A stretch of 14,178 nucleotides of DNA. Source: Octopus sinensis (taxonomy: Eukaryota). The stretch is from contig NW_021825864.1 in the NCBI RefSeq assembly GCF_006345805.1, positions 1 through 14,178 on the forward strand. Direction: 5' to 3'. The position numbers and the translations under genes were made by a program. This document shows positions 1-8,021 of this stretch, in pieces; the first letter of the stretch is position 1, and the number at the start of each line of letters is the position of its first letter. The notes beneath the pieces are model-generated. The model had not been told where the DNA came from and searched no databases. It saw only the letters and a program-made list of their open reading frames with translations.

Positions 1-199
1 AAGATCCACCCACCACATGCGATAGACTGGCTGTTGCACGGGCGTGAAAGCTACGTTATTATCCTCATTCCGTAAACGGTGGCTTTTTTTTAACGGGTAG
101 AGGCTGAACCATTCTGGGGTACAGAGGATTCGGAATATAGACTAGGGTCTGAAAGTTTACCACACAATAGTGGGTTACAACATGGTTCCTCTGCTTTGT

Positions 200-361
200 G
201 ACAGAAGTAGGAAGAAAGAGTGAAAGAAAGTTGTGCTGAAAGAGTACAGTGGAGCTTAGGTGTTTTTGCTCAATAAACACTCACAATACCCGGTTTGGGA
301 ATCGAAACCGCATTCTTACGACCGAGAGTGCGCTGCGCTAACCACAGGCCCATTGCGCCTC
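200..361 (-). mobile_element. tRNA-derived SINE, 5' part
   Basis: Minus strand begins GAGGCGCAATGGGCCTGTGGTTAGCGCAGC (degenerate A box at 343-353) and has B box GTTTCGATTCC at 298-308, followed by a pyrimidine-rich body. It resembles an octopus SINE from memory; the 3' boundary is uncertain. Confidence 0.65.
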
Positions 362-364
362 AAC

Positions 365-950
365 TCCTGCTGTTGTTGCTGTTATCGGTCTTGTTGCTGT
401 TATCGGTCTGTTCGTTTATTTCTTGTACAGCTCTACGTTAGTCCTCATGGTGCAGTCCTTTGACACTCTGGGGACTGGTCGAAGCACGAGCTAGGCCCAC
501 ATACCCGTCTTCACAGTTATACCGTATCTTCTCCTAGCTGAGGCTAATGACGTTACATCTGTTTCTGTGTGTGTGTTCTTTATGCTTATTTGGATTTAGT
601 GAAAGACAGTGATTTTAAAGTATTGTTTTTCAGGGATGTCTTATATGATATCCAACTGAATGTCTGGATATGGATTTTCCTATAAGAATAAGGACTGTAA
701 GATATGAAGTGTGCTGTGACAACAGCGAGCATGTATTTTTGTATTTTTGTATAGGTGATATGTTAGTGCGGTATGTATATAATTTGGTATGATGCGCTAT
801 TTGCAGTCCTGTGGATGTTTGTGGTGTGTTTGAATAACTGGAGATCTACGTAGGAGTAGAAGAGCCCAAAATGGATCTAATATATTGTTGGCACATTACT
901 ACTCTTGGTGCTGTATTTTAACTTTCCTAAAGATGGTACAAGCGATTGAT
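365..950 (-). mobile_element. Degenerate 3' end of an APE-type LINE (I/Jockey group-like) with a CAA-rich tail
   Basis: Minus-strand translation MCQQYIRSILGSSTPT*...TGL...TNISPIQ resembles the post-RT YKQYIRxxLxYASPAW...TG...LP region. It has stops and ends in an AACAGACCGATAACAGCAACAACAG tail. Confidence 0.45.
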
Positions 951-1036
951 GTTTGTTTGTTCCTTCTCGAGCCATGCCTGGCTCATAAGGGCCGGTTTCC
1001 CGGTTTCCTTGACGTATAGGTTCCCCACTTGGACGT
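951..1036 (-). mobile_element. 3' tail fragment of a SINE-like repeat
   Basis: Minus strand GAAACCGGGAAACCGGCCCTTATGAGCCAGGCATGGCTCGAGAAGGAACAAACAAAC ends in a (AAAC)n tail. Recognised from memory as an octopus repeat end; not verified. Confidence 0.45.
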
Positions 1037-1216
1037 GGAATGAAAGCAGCTTGAGCAAGAGTGTGAGCTGTGATGAGGTAGTTACGTGGAGTGGGAACTG
1101 CTTGATCAGTTGAATGAGCGGAGATGAGACTGTGGATTACTCGTAGAATGGGGATGCATCAACAGTTTCATCAATTGTTTCTATTGACCAATGATGTTAA
1201 AACAATTTGAACAATA

Positions 1217-1385
1217 GGCGCAGGAGTGGCTGTGTGATAAGTAGCTTGTTTACCAACCACATGGTTCCGATTTCAGTCCCACTGCGTGGCACTTTGGGCA
1301 AGTGTCTTCTACTATAGCCTCGGGCCGACCACAGCCTTGTGGGTTGATTTGGTAGACGGAAACTGGAAGAAGCCCGTCGTATATG

Positions 1386-1448
<63 letters not shown>

Positions 1449-1660
1449 ATGTGTCTGTGTTTGTCCCCCCAACATCGCTTGACAACAGATGCTGGTGTGT
1501 TTACGTCGCCGCAACTTAGCGGTTCGGCAAAAGAGACCGATAGAATAAGTACTAGGCTTACAAAGAATAAGCCCTGGGGTCGATCTGCTCGACTAAAGGC
1601 GGTGCTCCAGCATGGCCGCAGTCAAATGACTGAAACAAGTATAAGAGTAAAAGAATAGAA
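1217..1660 (+). mobile_element. Full-length tRNA-derived CORE-like SINE (octopus OR1/OR2-type)
   Basis: tRNA-like head GGCGCAGGAGTGGCTGTGTGATAAG, a CORE-like segment CTGCGTGGCACTTTGGGCAAGTGTCTT...AGCCTC (1282-1321), internal (TA)n(TG)n and an AAGAGTA/AAAGAATA tail. Second copies lie at 12307-12710 and 7115-7300. Confidence 0.85.
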
Positions 1661-2019
1661 TCAGCAATGAAGAGAAAGTTCAGTGATGTAGAATATCTTT
1701 GAGTAGTTCGTGCCACAAAACTAAATGATTAATTTGGTAATGAATTTGTCTTACCCTTTCCGTAATTAAAAACGAGTTCTTTTAATTATTTGGTAAGTTA
1801 GATGTCACAAAGTTTAGTGAGTTCATGGATACTTTATTAGTTAAATATTATTTCGCAGTTTGTCAGACGATTAGTGAAGTGTTTAGTTAAATTGTTAATT
1901 AAGTAGTTAACTACTCAGTGTTTCAGGTAATTAGTTGATTAGAAATAAATTTGATAGCGAGGAATGCATAAATATCACTCATCTCTTTCTCAATACAGAC
2001 ACACAAATACACATATGCA

Positions 2020-2134
2020 TATATATATACATACATATATACATACATACATACATACATACATACATAAATATATACATTTATACATACAGACAGACAG
2101 ACAGACAGACAGATAGACAGACAGACAGACAGAC
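2020..2134. repeat. Compound (ATAC)n/(AGAC)n microsatellite
   Basis: Directly visible tandem repeats. Confidence 0.95.
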
Positions 2135-2136
2135 AT

Positions 2137-2526
2137 GAGGGAAATAAGTTGACTGGTTCAGTAGCTGAGGGACATTACTAAGGTATGTAAAGAGGTATGA
2201 GAGAAGATAGGGGGGAGTGAATAGGGTGGGATGAGTTAGTAGTCAATATAGTAGTGATTCATGGGATAAATGAATTGGGTTGGTATTGGAGCGGGAGTGG
2301 AATGATATGCAGAGGTGTATGAAATTGAATAGGAAGAAGTGAATATGGTGAGGAGACATAAGAGGCTACTTAATAGGGATGTGGGAAGTAGCGGTTTAGA
2401 GGAATTTAGGAAGGTAAATATGAGAAAGATTAATTGGAGGTAGTATTTGTTGAGGCAGTAGATTGCTAGGCTGACCTTGTCTTAGTTCAAGGTTAAGTTT
2501 GCGTGTGGATAGTTGTAGTTTTGGGA
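2137..2526 (-). mobile_element. Probable pyrimidine-rich 3' UTR of the Penelope-like remnant
   Basis: Directly follows the GIY-YIG stop on the minus strand and is C/T-rich and non-coding. The assignment is by position only. Confidence 0.4.
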
Positions 2527-3190
2527 TTACATAGATTTAATAAAATGCGCAAATGATGAGTAGTGCCTGTGCTTACAAGACAAAATTACATCTGAATATC
2601 TATGAATAAATGAGGGGTTGTGGAGGCGAAGAATGGTTAGCTATTCTGTAAACATAATTTACACATACCGATGTTTGCATTGTATGGATGAGCCTCACTT
2701 ACTACGGACCAGGATAGAATATATGGAGTATTTTGAGATTTAAGGTTGTGTGTATATAAGTTACTGAGGAGTTTAATAATTTAGAATTTGGACTGAAGAA
2801 AAAGTTCATATGTGCATGGTAGTTGCGCTTGAAATCAACTCTTGGTGGGAGCGTGGTGTTATAACACGGCACTTGTAAACTACATTTTTACGTAGACAAA
2901 AGCCTCCAAGAGGGCAAAATTGAGAAATCCAGCAATTGCAAGTTTTCCTACATGCTCCGCGGTTGGAGTTTACTGTTGAGGAGGTCAAACTCCGTTGATC
3001 CATTATTAGTGAGGGGGAACGCGAAGTGTAATCTGTATCAGTATTAAATTTGGAGGTGGTATCACAGCTGGTATATGCAGTCGCGTGGGCAGAATTGTAG
3101 GAATATACCTTGAGTCTGGTATTATTTAGTTGAGTGGGGGTTACTGAGGGTTGTATTATTGCTACTAGGTAGATTAATTTGGGGTGTAGT
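2527..3190 (-). pseudogene. Penelope-like element C-terminal region with GIY-YIG endonuclease, frameshifted
   Basis: Minus strand reads CNCWISQFCPLGGFCLRKNVVYKCRV (2868-2940), then after a frameshift FKRNYHAH (2810-2833), EAHPYNANIGMCKLCL (2649-2696) and LSCKHRH (2563-2583), with a stop at 2527-2529. This is the motif order of PLE GIY-YIG domains; the YIG half-motif is deleted. Confidence 0.8.
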
Positions 3191-3694
3191 GTGGGAATTT
3201 GGATTGACTCAATCTACAAACATTATTTTGGACCACAGCCGCTGGATTTGTAATACTTTTCTTCAACCCCTTTCATTCTGTATATATATCATTTGTATTC
3301 TGTATAAGTCGGACCTTTTTGTACGTAAACACATATACATTTTTTGTATTCCATGTTTTTCATATACTTATATTTTGATCTGCCTAATTTGCTTATCCCT
3401 ACATTTACTTCTTCATACATATATACATACATACAGAATGGCGCCGTCAACATCAGACGTGCAGGTGTAGAAGACTGTATTTAATATTTCTTTGAACGTT
3501 ATCTTCAACATTTTCGTCGACTCCTCCAACTTAAATCAGTAACTGGTATATTTCTCCCATTATAAATAAGAGAAACACCTTTTACTTACCAACGTAGTAT
3601 TATTTTAAACCTGATTTTAAAAATATACCTTATACATAATAGTGGGATACTTGTATAAGCGGCTGACATTTTATAGGAAAACACTAGTATGTAT

Positions 3695-3866
3695 ACATTA
3701 TTTACATTTGACGGATATTTGTTCTCATCTTGTTTGATGCAAAACAAGGTTTCGGCTGATATACCTTCCAGCCTGCATCAAGTGTCTTGAGGAAATTTCG
3801 AACCTGGGTTCTCATTCCTAATGTATTTTTCGATGTTGTTGTTGTTGTTGTTATTATTATTATTAA

Positions 3867-3929
<63 letters not shown>

Positions 3930-3955
3930 TATCATTATTATTATTATTATTATTA

Positions 3956-3987
<32 letters not shown>

Positions 3988-4069
3988 TATTATACAGGTC
4001 ACTGCTTAGAATAGAAATCGGAATCTTGGGGTTAGTAGCCCGCATTCTTAACCACTACGCCATATGACC
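3695..4069 (-). mobile_element. tRNA-headed SINE-like element with (AAT)n spacer and hammerhead tail (left arm)
   Basis: A box TGGCGTAGTGG (4052-4062), degenerate B box at about 4009-4019, (AAT)n/(AAC)n at 3835-3990, a second B-box-like GGTTCGAA (3797-3804) and a degenerate HHR at 3741-3786. Confidence 0.8.
3741..3786 (-). ncRNA. Degenerate type I hammerhead ribozyme
   Basis: Reads GACAC-UUGAUGC-A-GGCUG-loop-CAGCC-GAAAC-CUU-GUUUU. Helix II is intact, but the core (C3U, A9C) and helix III are mutated, so it is probably inactive. Confidence 0.6.
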
Positions 4070-4071
4070 TT

Positions 4072-4213
4072 GGGCATATGGCGTAGTGATGAAGGCTGGA
4101 GGATATATCAGCCGAAACGTTGTGTTAACAACAAACAAGATGAGGAGAAAAGTCCGTCAAATGTAAATAATATAAATAATGTACATAATTCCTCATCTCT
4201 TAAATATAGAACC
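4072..4213 (+). mobile_element. Internally deleted inverted copy of the same element (right arm)
   Basis: GGGCATATGGCGTAGTG is joined directly to ATGAAGGCTGG...GAAACGTTGTGTT..., which is the reverse complement of 3695-3780. The junction has TG microhomology. Confidence 0.8.
4087..4126 (+). ncRNA. Partial type I hammerhead ribozyme
   Basis: Reads UGAUGA-A-GGCUG-loop-CAGCC-GAA-ACGU-U-GUGUU. The core is intact from U4 and helix III is the palindrome ACGU, but the 5' strand of helix I and C3 were lost at the deletion junction. Confidence 0.65.
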
Positions 4214-6097
4214 ACACCAGTATGTATGTTCAGAAGCACTATGGAAGGTCAGATTGACATACCAAATCATGAACAAATCTTGTAGTCAAAAATGAAATCA
4301 CAGAGTTGGCCCATTACTTACCTAAACATTATGTACAAACTGTACGCAAGCTGTCTCAAACAATTCTTCCAGGATCATTGTGAGTCCAACAACATACTGA
4401 CTAATGAACAGGTCGGTAGAAAGAAGGGTATGCGGGGATGCACCGAACAACTTTTGATAAACAAAGTGTACTGTGTGAAGAAAAAAATGTAATGGGATCC
4501 TTACAACAGTATGGCTTGATTTTAGGAAGGCATTTGGCTCTATTCCCCACTCATGGTTGCCGAAGTGTCTCCGTTTGGCATTGCTGCCTTTGAAATGCTC
4601 ACAAACATCTGGGCAGCAATTCTTAGAATTAGAATTAAGAGCAGAACGATTGTCTCCAATGTTTTCAAGTTTTTCAAAGGAAATATTCCAAGGAGATAGT
4701 CTTCCTGTAATTTAGCATTAAATCCATTATCATTCTGCTACAAGAATCAAATTGCTACATCCAAGGACTTGCAGCTGCTAGAGATATTAATGCGACCCAA
4801 AATTTCTTTGTGGATGACCTCAAAATTTATTATAAAAATGCTCACAGTGCTGCCAAAAAACAACTGGAATTGATAACATTTCCAGTTGACATAGAAATGG
4901 AATTTGGCCAAAAGGAATATTCATATTTGATTGTTGAACGGGGAAAACAAGTCCCTCAGACTCAAAACCTATGTATAAATGGTGTCACCATACTTCTTGT
5001 CCCACACAAAGAATGCTACAAGTAACTAGACTTTGATGAAAACATCATACGAAGGTACTGTGAATAAAGATAGAGTTATCCGACAATATTATGCCAGACT
5101 TGGGAAAATATGGCACTCCGAGTTTACCTCTTACAACAAGATAATATCACACAATACGTTTGCAGTACCAGTTATTACTCCAGCATTTGGGTTACTTCAA
5201 TGGTCTGTGGACGAAATTCACTCCACAGACGTTAACACCCACAAGAGATTGATATCAACTAGAAATCTCCTCAGGAATAGTGATATCGACAGGCTCAACC
5301 TAAGAATATTCAAAGGAGGTGGAGGTTTGAGATCAGGGCAGACAGCCTTCGAATGGTGTGTAGTCTCTCTAGGACAGCACTTGTTAAGCAACAGCAGCAA
5401 AATAAATACATTAACATAGTGCTGAAAAATGAAGAGAACTATATCTTACGTATCGGCAGCGAGCTCTTCACTCTCTTCTTGATGACCTTCCATGCGACCC
5501 CCAAACCAACCGGACTAACATGCCTCAAAGAAGAGCTGGATGTGAAACGCTCAACATACCAAAAAAGAGACCATGCATGAGTATGTTTTCCGAAGACTTA
5601 AAGAAAACAATAATATTGACATGAAGCGATGCATCTCTTGGATTCGTGACCGCTGCATCATATCACACTTCGAAGGTTTTGCATTTGCAGTCCAAGAGCA
5701 GGCGATTACTACTAAATACCTAGAAGAGACAATGAACCTTTGAAGTTCCAAGATGTAGCCCAAAATGTAGATTATGTCATACTTTTCTGGAAGACATCAC
5801 ACATGTGATTAGCGGCTACCTAAAATGCCATCAAGGTACTAACTCAATATGCGACACGACGTTGTCACAAAAACAATATATAATGTTATCTGGAAAAAAA
5901 AACACTGCTTTGGAATAAATGTGGAAAATACCCCTGCTATTGAATACGTACACAAGCATCAATACGAGGAATACTAGTGGAACATTCAGACCGGATATTG
6001 TTGTTTAGGGACGAGAAGAAAATGTATGTACCGTCATAGAGGTCAGCTGTCCTGCTGATGTGAATATCTCTTTGAAAAATCAAAGACAGAGAAGATA

Positions 6098-6294
6098 TAT
6101 TTCTTTACTGCCCACAAGGGGCTAAACACAGAGAGGACAAGGACAGACAAACGGATTGAGTCGATTATATCGCCCCCAGTGCGAAACTGGTACTTTATTT
6201 ATCGACCCCGAAAGGATGAAAGGCAAAGTTGACCTCGGCGGAATTTGAACTCAGAACGTAACGACAGACGAAATACCGCTAAGCATTTCGCCCG
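6098..6294 (-). mobile_element. 5'-truncated tRNA-derived SINE inserted in the RLE domain of the LINE
   Basis: Same family as 14049-14178 in the opposite orientation. Flanked by AGAGAAGATA at 6088-6097 and 6302-6311; removing it restores the LINE sequence. Confidence 0.85.
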
Positions 6295-6644
6295 AGAAGA
6301 TAGAGAAGATAGCTATGGACAAGTGCTTCGAAACCGCCAGCTTCTATATTCGTATTACAAACTTACATTTATACCAATAATCATTGGAGCACTTGGTTTT
6401 ACAAGTAAATACTTAAATGTCAGTCTGGATAAGCTTGGATTTTCAGATAAAAGAAATCATCCGACTTGCACATTATAAATACGATCTGTAAGCGGAACAG
6501 TAAAACTATGCAAGACTTTTCTCAGGTGTAAAATGTGACACTGTTTTCGTTATCTACATTCCAACGATGAGGTTTTGTAACTTTATGAGAAACCAGCTCC
6601 TTCCTCAGAGGAGGAATTGAGTTAATTAAAACTAGAAAAGAACA

Positions 6645-6651
6645 TACAAAC

Positions 6652-6704
<53 letters not shown>

Positions 6705-6752
6705 ACCACACACACACACACATACATACATACATACATACATACATACAAT
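6645..6752. repeat. (CA)n/(CATA)n microsatellite
   Basis: Directly visible. Confidence 0.95.
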
Positions 6753-7114
6753 CATTCATGTAGGAAGAGAGAGCGTATGTTATCGTTGTAACGAACTACT
6801 TCGTGTTTTTCACCTGAAAAGATGTTCAAATATTGCCTGCGGCTAATAACAGTTCACAGTGGGGAAAATCAAAGTTGTTGGTGAATGTTATTGAATTTCT
6901 TGAGGCGCATAAAAATACTTTATAGACATACATACATATTCATTACTTCTCGTAAAAATAAGCGTGAGTGTATAATTGACGTGTGCGTTCCTTCGTATAT
7001 ACTTTCTGTTTATTGTCTTCTTAATTGACTAGATGTGTGTGTGTATACATATATCTGGGTGACTGTGTGTGTATGTATACATACTCGGTGTCAACATAGC
7101 CAGATATTAACATA

Positions 7115-7300
7115 TGTTTCAGTCATTGGACTGAAGCCATGCTAGAGCACAGCCTTGAATGGTTTCGTTCAACAAATTTGTCCCAGTACTTTTTTAAAGT
7201 CTGGTATTTATTCAATCTTTTGCCGAACCGCTAAGTTACAGGAAGGTAAAAGATCCGACATCACTTCTCAAGCGGTAATGGGGGACAAACACAGATAAAC
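7115..7300 (-). mobile_element. Diverged 3' half of the CORE-like SINE family
   Basis: Reverse complement matches the 1450-1640 part of the first SINE (TTAGCGGTTCGGCAAAAGA; GCATGGC; ATGACTGAAACA). Confidence 0.75.
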
Positions 7301-7355
7301 ACACGTATACATGCATATACGCCACACACACATGCACAACGCACATACGTATATG

Positions 7356-7357
<2 letters not shown>

Positions 7358-7420
<63 letters not shown>
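7358..7420. repeat. (AT)n microsatellite, left flank of the HHR element
   Basis: Directly visible; a matching (TA)n tract at 8491-8515 flanks the other end. Confidence 0.95.
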
Positions 7421-8021
7421 TACATTATATAAAAGGGCTTAGTAAAATAAATACTTTGCCACATACTGAACTCATTAGAAATAGTAGCTAAAAAAACTTT
7501 TTTAAAACTATTTCTAATACTTAAAGAAAATCTCTCTCATATAGTGTTTGCTCAATTCAACTCACGAAAGTATGGGGTAAAGACATTAAAAAATCAAATG
7601 CAAAGTTATTTGAGAACGTACGTTTCTAGATTAGTCAACTCGACATTTCTATCATCAGCTCAGAACTCCTTGGTTTGGATTTGAAAACACTGAAAGTGGG
7701 AGCATACCCTTTCGGCTTCTTATCGCTTCTGAAGATCTGCTCGAAACTAACAGTGCCAGCAAACTCAAAATATGCAAGCGAAGAATTTCTGCTCTCCCCT
7801 TTCCCAGCGTGGGTTAAAATCAGTAAACACTATGCTTTTTCGGTAAAATCCGAAGCATTAAATAGAGAGAGATGAATTATAATTTCAACAATTGAGGGTA
7901 AAATTAATTAATTATTAATCAATTTCACCAAGTATTCAGTATGCAAAGGGACCATTTAAGGCGAATTCAAATTATTACGTTATATAAAAGGGCTTAGTAA
8001 AATAAATTACTTTGCCACATA
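7418..8021 (-). mobile_element. Retrozyme/Penelope pLTR-like HHR element, left arm (about 1.09 monomers of 555 bp)
   Basis: 7418-7466 recurs at 7973-8021 (period 555). It contains an intact HHR on the minus strand and has no credible ORF. Confidence 0.8.
7611..7662 (-). ncRNA. Intact type I hammerhead ribozyme
   Basis: Reads UGAG-CUGAUGA-UAGA...UCUA-GAA-ACGUACGU-U-CUCA: canonical core, helix I UGAG/CUCA, helix II UAGA/UCUA and palindromic helix III. Confidence 0.8.

Larger units (their letters stand above)
3639..6640 (+). mobile_element. 5'-truncated, decayed R4/Dong-clade non-LTR retrotransposon (RT, CCHC knuckle, restriction-like endonuclease), interrupted by two insertions
   Basis: Motifs in order: IVGYLYKRLTF (3639-3671), PITYLNIMYKLY, EQVGRKKGMRGCTEQLLINK, WLDFRKAFGSIPHSWL (from 4512), IFQGDSL, FVDDLK (from 4808), GGGGLRS, SHFEGFAFAVQEQAITTKY, CRLC..EDITHVISG, MRHD, RPDIVV..IEVSCPADVNISLK, PIIIGALG, then stop at 6536-6538. 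Many stops and frameshifts. Confidence 0.85.

Noticed and set aside
960-990. Hammerhead-like hairpin on the minus strand (CUUAUGA-GCCA-GGCA-UGGC-UCGAGAA)
   Set aside because: G5 is replaced by U, there is no GAAA directly after the stem, and no helix I or III can be formed.
1037-2000. Possible RT or PLE coding remnants flanking the first SINE on the minus strand
   Set aside because: Only scattered resemblances with many stops; no diagnostic motif can be fixed to a frame.
3437-3484. Peptide NGAVNIRRAG resembling the TnpB/Fanzor C-terminal motif
   Set aside because: It is ten residues directly after a microsatellite, with no zinc-finger cysteines or RuvC motifs upstream.
3585-3663. Candidate minus-strand exon with a GTAAGT donor
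   Set aside because: The opposite strand encodes the R4 LINE segment IVGYLYKRLTF, which joins in frame across the TSD, so the apparent exon is antisense LINE sequence.
6752-6814. Candidate minus-strand exon after TTTTCAG (GEKHEVVRYNDNIRSLFLHE)
   Set aside because: There is a stop before the only donor, which is itself part of a (GTAT)n repeat, and no recognisable homology.
7675-7875. 66-aa ORF inside the 555-bp unit
   Set aside because: It is antisense to the HHR strand, short and without any recognisable domain.
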